Positions 25,326 to 37,546 of a stretch of DNA of 64,000 bases are shown piece by piece. A program made the translations under genes and the position numbers. The stretch's first letter is position 1. Each line of letters begins with the position of its first letter. The notes under the pieces were generated by a model, which was not told where the DNA came from, made no database searches, and saw only the letters and a list, made by a program, of their open reading frames with translations. The stretch is from Mobula hypostoma (Eukaryota): contig NC_086108.1 of NCBI RefSeq assembly GCF_963921235.1, positions 46,626,001 to 46,690,000 on the forward strand. The letters are read 5' to 3'.

Positions 25326-27099
25326 GCTCTTTGAAGTCCATGAAGCTTGCTGCTCAGGCTGTTTCCAATACAGTGACCAATGAGGAATCATAGAATGACT
25401 GTACGATAAAGGCCATTCAGTTCTTCATGTCCTCGATGGCTCTTGACAGAGAATTCTCTGATCCACTGGCCTTTTCTCTGTCATTTTGAAACTTTTTATT
25501 TACCATGTATTTTACCAGTTCCATTTTGAGTGGACCCTCTCTTTACTACAGCTCCACACACGTCAAAAATGGTTCCTCCTTCACATATTCTTAATTCTCT
25601 TCCCATCTACTTTATTCTTGCATTGTCAAGTCCTCACCTCCTCCACCTCGGGAACATCTACTGCAGTGGCAGCAGCAGAATCACGAAGGAGAGCATAGAC
25701 GCATGATTTACTGCTGCTCCCTAAGATAGCGCTAATGGCTGGAGCACAGATTGCTGAGGCGTCCTTTTGATTGCTGGCAAGAGAATTAGCAGAGTTTGTT
25801 TGGCGGAAGGCTGAGCTTCCAGCAAAAAACTCAGAGTCTGGGGACTTACACTTGAGCTGCATTCAGGCATTCCATTCCAGGATCAGCCATGATGGAATGG
25901 TAGAACAGACTCAACGTGCTGAATGGCCTCATTTTGTTTCGATGTCTCACTGTCTTATGGTCCTCCTTTGATCAAGAGACTCTGTGATGTCATTGCTAAT
26001 GGGATTGCTCACCTCTACCTTGCTGAAAAGGATTTTCTCTCTGCCCTACATGAAGACCTGTGCAAGAATGGAGCCAGGGGTTTGCAATAATAACCTTGAT
26101 ATTTTTCACTGATCTTGCCAGCGCACCTACCGGTACTAACGTTGGTTTATTCTTCTCACATGTATCAAGCTACAGTGAAAATCTCGTATTGCATACCATT
26201 CATACAGATCAAACCATTACACAGTGCAATGAGCTAGAATAAGGTAAAATAATAACAATACAGAATACTACTGAGAAAGTGAAGTGTAAGTAACCAAAAA
26301 GTGCAAGATCATAATGAGGTAGATTGTGAGGCTAAGAGACCATTTTATTGTTCAAAAGGTCCATTCAAGAGTCTGATACCAGTGAGATAGAAGCTGTCCC
26401 TGGGCCTTGTGGTGCATGCTTTCAGGCTGTTGTATCTTCTGCCTGATGGGAGGGGAGAACAGAGAATGCTCGAATGTCCTTGATTATGCTGGCTACTCTA
26501 CTGAGGCAGCAAGAAGTGTAGGCAGAGTCCATAGAGGGGAGGTTGGTTCCTGTGACCACAATTTTCTGCAGTTTCTCGTGGTCATGTGCAGAGCAGTTGC
26601 CATACCAAGCTGCAAAGCATTCACACAGAAGGCTTCCTAGAGCACATCAATAAAAATTGGCAAGAACGAGCACAGACATGCCGAATTTCTTTGGCCTCCT
26701 GAGGAAGTCGAGGTGTTAGTGAGCTTTCTTGGCTGTAACATCAATGTGGTTGGACCAGGAGTTTATAAATTCCTATACAGTCATACAGTCTATACACAGA
26801 AACAGGCCCTTCAGCCCATCTATTCCATGCTGAACCATTTAAATAGCCTACTCACATTGACCTGCACCAGGATGATAGCCCTACCAACCATGTACCTATC
26901 CAAACTTCTCTTAAACATTATAGAAACATAGAAAATAGGTGCAGGAGTAGGCCATTCAGTCCTTCGAGCCTGCACTGCCATTCAGTATGATCATGGCTGA
27001 TCATCCAACTCAAAACCCTGTACCAGCCTTCCCTGGTAATCAAACTCACATACACAACTTGCACAGGCAGCTCATACCATGCCCTCGCAACACTCTGAG

Positions 27100-27331
27100 T
27101 GAAGCACCTTCAATAACTCCAAAAGACTGAGGTTTGGTAAAATACTGAAAGGCTTTTATTTGCCGTACAATACGACCTCCACGGTGAGTGTCTGCCCCCG
27201 GACTGAGGGGAAGGGGCAAGGTGAAACACCTTTATTCAGGGATCTGTGGGAGGAGCCACAGGGGCAGTCAGCAGAGAGGCGTGTCCAGACAGTTAACCCA
27301 GTTACAACATATATACATATGGTTTACCACC
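27100..27331 (-). repeat. Gypsy 3' LTR
   Basis: Direct repeat of 31294-31526 with ~14 substitutions and 2 small indels by manual count. Confidence 0.95.
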
Positions 27332-27402
27332 TTCATCCCTCCTTTTTTTAAAAAAAGAGTCCCACGGGGTGAAGTGACTGACAATATTTACAACAAGTGT
27401 AT

Positions 27403-30400
27403 TTACAGGTTAAGTCTATCAGGCGGTCGAGTCCATCGCTGTGATCTACGTAGCACCAGTGGTGATTGCGTCGGCAATGGTGTTTGTGCTGGCTCCGGCC
27501 TGACTTGAGGTGCCAGCACGTTAGGCGTTAATCTCTCGTGCATGTGCATCGCGCCCGGTATGGGAGAGTCGTGTGGTGTCTGTGTAGGGCTTGGAGTGTG
27601 CGGTGTCTCGTGGGTACGTATATCGGTGGGTACGGGGTCAATAGTTACCACGGAGTGTTCAGGGTAGGGGGCCAGTGCTAATGGAGACCGCGTCCTCCCG
27701 CCCATCAGGTAAAACCCTGTAGGCATACTGAGGGTTTGCATGAAGCAAGTGAACCCTCTCGACTATCGGGGAGTATTTATTGCTCCTGGCATGTTTCCGG
27801 AGCAGCACTGGCCCCAGGGATGTCAGCCAAGTTGGTAGGGTGGTTCCAGTGGTCGACTTTCTGGGAAAAGAAAAGAGCCACTCATGAGGGGTGGCATTGG
27901 TGACCGTGCATAACAGGGAGCGGATGGGGTGGAGTGCCTCGGGAAGGACCTCCTGCCAGCGGGACACCGGCAGTCCCTTTGACCTGAGGGCTAAGAGTGT
28001 GGCTTTCCACACTGTGGCATTCTCCTTCTCTACCTGTCCATTCCCCCGGGGATTATAGCTCGTGGTCCTACTGGTTGCAATTCCCCTAGTCAGCAGGTAT
28101 TGGCGCAGCTCGTCACTCATAAACGGGGACCCTCTGTCACTGTGGATATAGCATGGGTATCCGAACAGAGTGAAGAGCTTGCGCAGGGCTTTTATAACTG
28201 ACGTGGTAGTGGTATCGGGGCAGGGGATGGCGAAGGGGAACCGTGAATACTCATCAATAATGTTAAGAAAGTACACATTGCAGTCGGTGGAGGGAAGGGG
28301 GCCCTTAAAGTCAACACTCAGTCGCTCAAAGGGGCGGGTGGCCTTGATGAGTGGTGCCTTTTCGGGCCGGTAGAAGTGCGGTTTGCACTCTGCGCAGACT
28401 TGGCAGTCCCTGGTCATTGTCCTCATCTCCTCAAGGGAGTAAGGCAGGTTCCGGGCTTTCACGAAGTGGAAAAGCCAGGTGACTCCCGGGTGGCAAAGGC
28501 CTACATGTAGGGCGTATAGCCGGTCGATCTGCGCGCTGGCGCATGTTCCCCAGGATAGGGCGTCGGAGGGCTCGTTGAGCTTCCCAGGCCTGTACATGTC
28601 ATAGTTGCAGGTGGAGAGTTCGATTCTCCACCTCAGAATTTTATCCTTTTTGATTTTGCTCTGCTGTTGGTTATTAAACATGAATGCGACTGAGCGCTGG
28701 TCAGTTAGCAGGGTGAACCTTTTGCCGGCGAGATAGTGCCTCCAGTGCCTAATTGCTTCCACTATGGCCTGGGCCTCTTTCTCTACCGCAGAGTGCCGAA
28801 TTTCAGGGCCTTGAAGGGTACGGGAGAAGAACGCCACTGGTCTTCCTGCCTGGTTGAGGGTAGCAGCCAGCGCAAAGTCGGAGGCGTCACTCTCTACTTG
28901 GAAGGGAATGGCCTCATCCACCGCATGCATTGCTGCTTTGGCAATGTCTCCTTTAATGCAGCTGAAGGCCGCGCGGGCCTCAGCTGAGAGGGGGAATGTG
29001 GTGGATTTGACCAGGGGGCGGGCCTTGTCTGCGTAGTTAGAGACCCATTGGGTGTAATATGAAAAGAAGCCCAGGCACCTTTTGAGGGCTCTGAGGGTGT
29101 TGGGAAGAGGGAGTTCCAACAGGGGGCGCATACGGTTGGGGTCAGGGCCAATGACTCCATTCTCCACGACACACCCAAGGATAGCAAGTCAGGTGGTCCC
29201 GAATACACACTTGTCCTTGTTATAGGTGAGATTGAAAGCTTTGGCCGCTTGGAGAAATTTTTGGAGGTTGTTGTCGTGATCCTGCCGGTTGTGACCGCAG
29301 ATGGTGATGTTATCCAGATATGGGAACGTGGCCTTCAGTTGGCACTCGTCCACCATCCAGTCCATTGCCCTCTGGAAGACAGATACACCATTCGTGACAC
29401 CGAAGGGGATGCGCAGGAATTGATAAAGCCTGCCGTCTGCCTCGAAGGCAGTGTAAGGGCGGTCCTCCCGGCGGATGGGGAGCTGATGGTAAGCGGATTT
29501 TAGGTCTATGGTCGAGTACACCTTGTACTGTGCTATCTGATTGACCATATCCGCGATGTGGGGTAGAGGGTGCGCGTCGAGCTGCGTGAACCTATTGATG
29601 GTCTGGCTATAGTCCACGACCATCCTATTCTTCTCCCTATTCCAAACAACCACCACCTGCGCCCTTCAAGGACTTGTGCTTGCCTCAATGACCCCCTCCC
29701 TGAGCAGCCGCTGCACCTCCGACTTAATGAAAGGTCTGTCCCCCGCGCTGTACCTCCTGCTTTTAGTTGCCACAGGTTTACAGTCGGGGGTCAGGTTGGC
29801 GAACAGCGGTGGGGGAGGGATCCTGAGGGTGGAGAGGCCGCAAGTGGTGTCGGTAGTGCGGCAGTTGGCATGGTGTTGGGTGGGATGTGTGGGTCGGTGT
29901 GTGTGTGTGGTCAGTAGCGGGGTACGTGACGTATCTCTACAAAACAGGGGATTTACAACAGTGATTGGTGGGAGGGGCCCATCATACTTCATTGTCACAC
30001 TTTTCAGGTGGTTCTGGAAGTCGAGCCCCAATAGCACAGGGGCACACAGTTGAGGCATGGCCAGTAACGTAAAGTCTCGATATTCTGTGCCCTGCACCAC
30101 TAGCGTCGCTACACAACCCCCCCGGATGTCTGTTGTATGCGACCCGGAAGCCGTGGTGACCCTCTGACTTACCGGCCGTATCACGAGTCCGAAATGCTGC
30201 ACCGTGTCCGAGTGGATAAAACTCTCCGTGCTGCCTGTGTCAAACAGGCAGCTTGTCCTGTGCCCCTCCACCAGGATGTCCATCATTGACCTTGCGAGCT
30301 GGTGGGGAGAGCTTTGGTCGAGGGTCACGGAAGCCAGGGTTGGGTTGCTGTCTTGGTCCGGGGCAGTGGGGTGCCCCGTGAGCACTCGTTGGTCGTAGGT

Positions 30401-31267
30401 GGTGGGAGGTGGCGCCGACCAAGATGGCCGCCCCCATGTCTCGCACGTGGTGGCGGCGTGCAGGGAAGATGGCGACAGGCAAGATGGTGACCCCCACGTC
30501 TCGCACGCGGCGCTGCTCGATTCCGCTCGCGGTTTTGACTTACAGACCTTGGCGAAGTGGCCCTTCTTTCTGCAGCTGGAGCACCTAGCTTGTCGGGCCG
30601 GGCAACATTTCCGGGGGTGCTTCTCCAGTCTGCAGAAGTAGCAGTTCGTGGACTCACGACTGGCGGCAGCCGAGGTCGATTCGCCAGCGGGTTGCGGGGT
30701 CTGCGGCGCCCACGAGGCCATCGGGGGATCGCATGCCTGGAGAGCCTCGGAGTTATGCAGAGCAGCCTCCAACGTATCAGCCAGCTCGATCGCCAAACTT
30801 AAGTTAAGATTGGCTTTTTCCAGCAGCCACTGGCGCACATACACTGACCTGGTCCCCGTGACGAAGGCGTCTCTCACTAGGAGTTCTGCATGCTGCGTCG
30901 CCGTCAGCTCCTGGCAATTGCAGGCTCGCACGAGTGTCTGTAGGGCCCGGACAAACTCAGCACTCGATTCCCTGGACCGTTGTTGCCGTGTCGCTAAGCG
31001 ATGCCAAGCATAGACGCTGTTTATTGGCCACAGGTATTGTCTTTTAAGTGCGTTCATCGCGCCGTCGTAGTTCGGCTGGTCTCTGATCAGCGAATAAACC
31101 CGTGGACTGACCCTGGAGAGTAGAACTCTGCGCTTCGCTACGGGGTCGGTCGCTTTAATCTCCTCTAGATACGCTTCGAAGCAGGCCAGCCAGAGTTCGA
31201 AAGCGTTTCCAGCTTCAGGTGTTTGCGGATTGAGGTCTAATTTGTCTGGTCGCAGTGCATGTTCCAT
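27403..31267 (-). pseudogene. Gypsy single-frame gag-pol with two premature TGA stops (29666, 29189) and a frameshift near 27680
   Basis: Two CCHC-type knuckles (CYFC..H..C; CSSCRKKGHFAKVC), protease LFDTGS, RT DLKSAYHQ/PFGVTNG/YLDN, RNase H ESDASD/EKEAQA/LTDQ, integrase H..H..CQVC, VDFKGP, HSDRG, GNGQVE. The three ORFs share one frame. Confidence 0.93.
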
Positions 31268-31293
31268 GTTTTAAAATGTACAGCGAATAAAAT

Positions 31294-31526
31294 TGAAGCA
31301 CCTTCAATAACTCCAAAAGACTGAGGCTTGGTAAAATACCGAAAGGCTTTTATTCGCTGTACAACAATACGACCTCCACGGTGAGTGTCTGCCCCTGGAC
31401 TGAGGGGGAGGGGCAAGGCAAATCACCTTTATACAGGACTCTGTGGGAGGAGCCACAGGGGCAGTCAGCAGAGGGGCGTGTCCAGACAGTTAACCCAGTT
31501 ACAACATATATATATGGTTTACCACA
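31294..31526 (-). repeat. Gypsy 5' LTR
   Basis: On minus: TGTGG...TTCA, TATAAA at 31433-31428 and AATAAA at 31354-31349. Confidence 0.95.
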
Positions 31527-32139
31527 CTGAGTGAAGAAGTTTCCCCTCATGTTCCCCTTAAACTTTTCACCTTTCACCCTTAAGCCATGACCTCTAGTTG
31601 TAGTCCCACCCAACATCAGTGGAAAAAGCCTGCTTGCATTGTGCCTTATCTGTACCCTTTATAATTGTGTATACCTCTATCAAATGTCCCCTCAGTCTTC
31701 TACATTCCAAGGAATAAAGTCCTAATCAATTCAATCTTTCCACATAACTTATAAATTTTCTCTGTAATTTTGTATACCTCTATCAAATCTCTCCTCAGAC
31801 TTCTACATTCCAAGGAATAAAATCCTAACCTATTCAATCTTTCCATATAACTTATAAATTTTCTCTGTAATTCCACATCAATGTGGTTGAACTGGGAATT
31901 TATAATTTCCTATAATATCATTGTTGTGCATACTCCAGAGGCTGCCCTCTGGGAATCTACAGCATAATTAACACACAGCATTAACCTCAAGGAGCTGGCA
32001 TCAGTGCTGCTCTTGTTCCCAGCTTGGCTACAGGCCACTCATACCCAGAGTCACCGTGTGCAGGCACACATCTCTGAGGAAATGTCTGTGCTGCACACTG
32101 TGTCAGTGGATGAGCTGATTCACCCTTTTCCCAAGATTG

Positions 32140-32800
32140 GGGAGAGCGTAGGTTTAAGGTGGGAGGGATGAGATTTAAAGGGAACTGCAGGGTAACGGCT
32201 TTATGGAATGAGCTGCCAGAGGTGGATACAATTACACTTGGTCGGATTCGAGGGTTGAGGGGCCATATGATGACTAATGAGACGAGCCCAGAAAGACAGC
32301 CGGATGGGCATTGAAAAGTTGGGCCAAAGGGCCTGTTTCTGTGCTCTGTAACCCTGTGACTCAAATTGATGGTAAACAATGCAGGCACTGTGCACTGATG
32401 GTTGATGGCTGAGGAGGTTCACGAAAATGATTCCAGGATGGAACGGCTTGTCATATGAAAAGTGTTTGATGGCTCTGGGCTTGTATTCACTAGAATTCAG
32501 AAGAATGAGGGGTGACCTTATTGAAACCTATCGGCTCTTTTAGAATGGAGATGAGAAGAAATTTCTTTAGCTAGAGGATGGTGAATCTGTGGAATTCGTT
32601 GCCACAAGCAGCTGTGGAGGGCAAGAATTTAAGTATATTTAAGGCAGAGGTTGATAGATTCTTGATTGGTCAGGGCATGAAGGGATATGGATAGAAGGCC
32701 GAGATTGGAGCTGAGAGGAAAAACGATCAGCTAGGATGAAGTGATAATGCAGACCCGATGGGCCAAATGGCCTAATTCTTTTCCGATCTCTTGTGGTCTT
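32140..32800 (+). mobile_element. Two decayed CR1 3' fragments
   Basis: gtttaaggtgggagggatgagatttaaaggg...gggccaaagggcctgtttctgtgctc, and ggaggttcacgaaaatgattccagg...tgggccaaatggcctaattct. Confidence 0.65.
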
Positions 32801-33036
32801 ACGGAATAAATTCCTAGGGAATGAATGTTTAAGGTGGTGGATGGGTTCCAGTCATGTGATTTGTGTTGATAGTGTCAACTTTATTAAGTATTATAGGAGC
32901 ATCCAGTCAAGTGGAAAGTATCCTATCATCATTTTGACTTGTGTCTTGTTATGGTGGAAAGGGTTTGGAGCATCAACAGGAAAGTCAATCATCAATGGAC
33001 ACCCAGTTGCTGACTCCCTTGTAGACTCAGTATATA

Positions 33037-34597
33037 CACTCAGTAGCCACTTTATTAGGTAGCACCTTTAACAAAAAGATTGGCCACTGAGTTCATGTTC
33101 ATGGGCTTCTGCTGCTGTAGCCCATCCACTTCAAGGTTTGACCTGTTGTGTACTTGAGATGCATTTCTGCACATCACTGTTGCAATGCTGTAATCACATA
33201 ACAAGATAAAATCCTGTGGCGTTGCAGGAAAGATACTGGCATGGATAGTGGAATGGCTGACAGGCAGGAGGCAGTGAGTGGGAATAAAAGGGGCTTTTTC
33301 TAGTTGGTTGCCGGTGGCTAGTGGTGTTCCTCAGGGGTCAGTATTGGGACAGCTACTTTTTACATTGCTTGCCAGTGATTTAGATAATGGAATTAATGGC
33401 TTTGTGGCAAAGTTTGTGGATGATACAAAGATAGGTGGAGACCAAGGTAGTGCTGAGGAAGCAATGCGATTGCAGCAGGACTTAGACAAATTGGAAGAAA
33501 GGGAAAAGAGTGGCAGATGAAATGCAGTGTTGGGAAATGTGTGATAATGCATTTTGGTAAAAGGAACAATAGTGTACTATCATCTAAACGGGGAGAAGGT
33601 TCAAACATCAGTTGCAGAGGCACCTAGGAGTCCTCGTGCAAGACTCCCAGTAAGTTAGTTTACAGGTTGAGTCTGTGGTAAAGAAGGCAAATGCAATGTT
33701 GGCATTAATTGTCAAGGCGAATATAAAAGCAAGAAGATAATGCTGAGCTTTTATGAGACACTAGTCAGGTTGCACTTGGAGCATTATCAAAAGGTTTGGG
33801 CCCCATATCTCAGAAAGGATGTGTTGTCATTGGAGAGAGTCCAGAGGAGGTTCACAAGGATGATTCTGGAAATGAAGGGGTTAGCGTACAAAGAGTGTTT
33901 GGCAGCTTTGGGCCTGTATTCACTAGAATCTAGAAGAACGTTGGGGGTGGGGATCTCATTGAAACCTACTGAGTGTTGAAAGAACTAGATAGGGTGCATG
34001 TGGAGGGGATATCCAGAACTAGAGGGCACAGCCTGAAAATTGACAGACAACCTTTTGGAACAGAGGTAAGGAGGATTTTTATTTTAGCCAGAGAGTGGTG
34101 AATCTGTAATCTGTGGAATGCTCTGCAGCAGACTGAGGTGGAAGCCAATGTCCGTTGGTATACTTAAGGCAGATGTTGATCGTTTCCCGATCGGTCAGGA
34201 CATCAAAGGATATAGCGAGAAGGGAGTTTTATGGGGTTGAGCAGGATCTGGGTTCAGCCATGATAGAATGCCAGAGCAGACTCGATGGGATGATTGACCT
34301 ATGTCTATGGTCTTAATTGTGGTTATTCGAGTTACTGTCACCTTCCTGTCAGCTTGAAACAGTCTGGCCATTTTCTTCTGACCTGTGTTTTTGCCCCCCC
34401 ACAGAACTGCTGCTGACTGAATGTTTTTTTGCTTATGGCACTATTCTCTGTAAACTCTAGTGTGTGAAAATCTCCGGAGATTAGCAGTTTCTGAGATACA
34501 CAAACCACCCTGTCTGGCACCAACAATCATTCAAAGTCATTTAGATCACTTCTCTTCCCCATTTTGATGCTTGGACTGAACAACAACTGAACCTCTA
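33037..34597 (-). mobile_element. Non-autonomous Tc1-like element interrupted by CR1
   Basis: TA|cactcagtagccactttattagg terminus. It resumes at ~34316, matching 23905-24180. Confidence 0.7.
33195..34315 (+). mobile_element. Decayed CR1 RT/3' fragment
   Basis: [17 protein letters not shown] and LERVQRRFTRMI motifs. Confidence 0.8.
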
Positions 34598-35577
34598 ACA
34601 GAGTGTGGGTTAAACAAAAGGAAACTTTCTTCTCTGTGTTTGACCTGATTCCTTGACACACGGACTACAAAGGCTGTTCCCTCTTCACCCACCTATTGTC
34701 TAGTCAGTAGGTCATGAGTATTACCACCTAAGGACCCCCTTACAAGGACTCCTCATCTCATGTTTTCAATATTTATTGCTCTTTTATTTATTATTATTTA
34801 TTTCTTTTAGTATTTGCAAAGTTTTTGTCTTTGGCACACAAGTTGGTGCAGTCCTTCATTGATTCGACTATGGCTATTATTCTATTATGGTTTATTGAGC
34901 ATATCCGTCTAGGATTATATATGGTGATGTATGTATTTGTACTTTGATGATAAATTTCCTTTGAACTTTGATGTTTGTGAGGCCTGTTTCTTGTCTCAAT
35001 GCTCCTGGATCCTTGGGCCCCAGAGCTATCCCAAGGACTGAGGGAAGGTTTGCTGCACTGCTCCTTGTGGATAACCCTGGCGGACAGAACGTCTTTTCTG
35101 CTCACTGCCTGCTGCATAAGGTGTCCAGTGCTACAGCAGAAAGCTAAACAACCCATTCTTCCTCATCTTCTACCATCCTTGAATGTCTCCTAGGTCAAAA
35201 TATCTTCCAGAGTGCCTTCTCACATCTGATGCAAGATAATACTGTTCCTCTATAAATGTAAAGACTTGCTTTATGTTGTGTAAGCTGTTTTCTTTTGTTC
35301 CAACTACTGAAAGTACATGCATCCAACAGAAGCAATAGACCAATAAACATTACAGTTTATGCTGGTTGCAAGTTTCAATCGCGTGAGTAGCTGATAGCAC
35401 AATAGCACAAAATTAGTGCCCAGTTTCATCACAGCGACAGGGACAAATTAATAACAGAGTTACAGAGCTGTGCTGCATGAAAAACAGGCCCTTCAGCCCA
35501 GCTTGTACACATGGCAGATAGGATTTGACTAATGCTTTATATGGATCTGACATACTGGTGTGTTGGTTTCCAATCAG

Positions 35578-35681
35578 GTATGAAGAATGGAAGTCCAGGG
35601 ATCTGTGAGTGTATTCTCACATTCTTCTGTTTGCTGCTAATTCTTCTCCTCTTCCCAGTCTCTGTCTGGTTCTGTATTAAG
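35578..35681 (+). CDS. nphs2: Podocin exon 2 (104 nt), membrane hairpin
   Basis: cag|GTATG...ATTAAG|gtgagc. Translation (G)MKNGSPGICECILTFFCLLLILLLFPVSVWFCIK keeps the hairpin proline and the WFC cysteine. Confidence 0.95.
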
Positions 35682-35759
35682 GTGAGCATATGGCATTCAC
35701 AAGCTATCAAACAGGATTTTTGGAGAATTGTTTCAATGGGTGTAAAGTTCTTATTTGGA

Positions 35760-37235
35760 ATCATAGAGCACCACAGCACAGAAACAGGCCCTTCAGCCCA
35801 TCTAGTCCATGCCGAACTATTACTCTGCCTAGTGAAATCAACCCACATCTGGACCACTTCTATCCATGCACTAATCCAAACTTCTCTTCAATGTTGCAAT
35901 CAAATCCACATCCACCGCTTCTGCTGACAGATCATTCCAACCTCTGAGTGAAGAAGGTCCCCTTAAATATTGCCCTTTTCATCCTTAACTCATGGCCTCT
36001 AATTCCAGTCTCATTCAACACCAGTGGAAATAGCCTGCTTGCATTTACTCAATCTATATCCCTCATACTTTTGCATACCTCCATCAAATCTCCCCTGATT
36101 CTCCTACACTCTAAAGAATAAAGTCCAAATCCATTCAGTCTTTCATTATCCTTAAGTCCCGAGAAAATCCTTATACATTTTCTCTGTGCTTTTTTATTCT
36201 AATTCCTGTAGGTAGGTGACCAGAAATGCACACAATACTCCAAATTTAGTGACATAACATCCAAGCTTCTGCATTCAGTTCTTTGATTTATGAAGGCCAA
36301 TATGCCAAAACCTTTATCTATGGCCATATCTACCTGTGACACCACTGTCAAGAAATTATGGATCTGTTTTCCCAGATCCCTCTGTTCTACCACACTCCTC
36401 GGTGCCCCACCGTTCACTGGTGTAAGTCTAACTCTGGTTTATCCTCCCAAAGTGCAACACCTCACACTTGTCTGCATTAAATTCCACCTGCCATTTTTCA
36501 GGCTATTTTCCATCTGGTCCAGATCCCACTGCAAGCTTTGCTAGCCTTCCTTGCTGTCCACTAGACCTCCAATCTTGGTGTCATCAACAAATTTGCTGAT
36601 TCAGTTCATCACATTATCATCCGGATTGTTTATACAGATGACAAACAGCAATAGACCAAGCACCAGTCCCTGTAGTATACCGCTCATCTCAGGTCTCCAG
36701 TCAGAGAGGCAACCATCTACTGCCACTCTCCAGCTTCTCTCGTGAAGCCAATTTCAAATCCTATTTACTACCTCGTTCTGAATGCTAATGGACTGAACCT
36801 TCCTGACCATTCTTCCATGCGGAATCGTGCCAAAGGCCTTGCTACAAGCCATGTAGACTACATCCACTGCCTTTCCTGGTAACCTCCTCAAAAATCTATA
36901 AGATTGGTTAAACGTGACCTACCACACGCAATGCCCTGTTGACTATACCTAATCAGGCCCCAGCTATCCAAATATCTTTATATCCGGTTCTTTAGAATAC
37001 CTTCCAATAATTTACCCACTATGGGTGTCAGGTTCACCAGCCTATAATTCCCCAGGTTATTCTTAGAGTCTTTCTTGCACAACAGAACAACATCAGCTAA
37101 GCTCCAATCCCTTGGTACCTCACCCGTAGCTAAGGAAATTTTAACTAGCTCTGCCAGGGCTCCTGCAATTTCTGCACTAGCCTCTCATAAGATTGGAGGG
37201 GACACCTTGTCAGGTCCTGTGGACTTACCCACCAT
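35760..37235 (-). mobile_element. Decayed CR1, antisense in intron 2
   Basis: Minus translation VEQRDLGKQIH...LAFINQ...LEYCVHFWSPTYR; tail-side acagaaacaggcccttcagccc. Confidence 0.8.
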
Positions 37236-37546
37236 AGGTATTAGAAGAAGTTAGATTTTAGACATTGACTCAACTAATAGGTTGCTTGTCTAAATCTAGA
37301 CAATGCTCATCATTTAGGTGCATTGAGTAATTTCTCTGCTCCACGAAATGCAAAACATGAAACAAGTGTTTGTGTTAGGGAAAAAGAAAACTGAGATAAA
37401 AGCAGAAATGGAGCAAAGGAGAATTGGTATCTAAAAGATTGTGAATATTGTGCAAAGATAGCAATTTGTTGAACAGAAAGTGGCTGAATCCTGTGTAAGC
37501 AACTAGTTTTCTTTTTGTAACTGACACGCTGTCCTTCATGGTGCAG

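Larger units (their letters stand above)
27100..31526 (-). mobile_element. Full-length Ty3/Gypsy LTR retrotransposon (4427 bp)
   Basis: Two ~232-bp LTRs, outer termini TG...CA, 5-bp TSD CTGAG (27095-27099, 31527-31531), PPT aaaaaaaggagggatgaa next to the 3' LTR, and gag-PR-RT-RH-IN domain order. Confidence 0.97.
26780..31875 (-). mobile_element. CR1 3' fragment hosting the Gypsy provirus and a short second CR1 tail (26920-27035)
   Basis: Removing the provirus restores the CR1 antisense sequence cactctgagtgaagaagtttcccctc. Minus translation TTRGHGLRVKGEKFKGNMRGNFFTQ. Confidence 0.75.

Noticed and set aside
29189..29668. Programmed readthrough or selenocysteine at the Gypsy TGA stops
   Set aside because: Both lie inside RT at positions expected to be Trp (SPW) and probably Arg, so they are simple point mutations, not a gag/pol boundary.
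35571..35660. Recursive splice site (cag|gtatga) and cryptic acceptor (ttcccag, 35658) in exon 2
   Set aside because: Both are explained by coding constraints (split Gly codon, Leu/Phe-rich hairpin). The sequence alone gives no support for their use.
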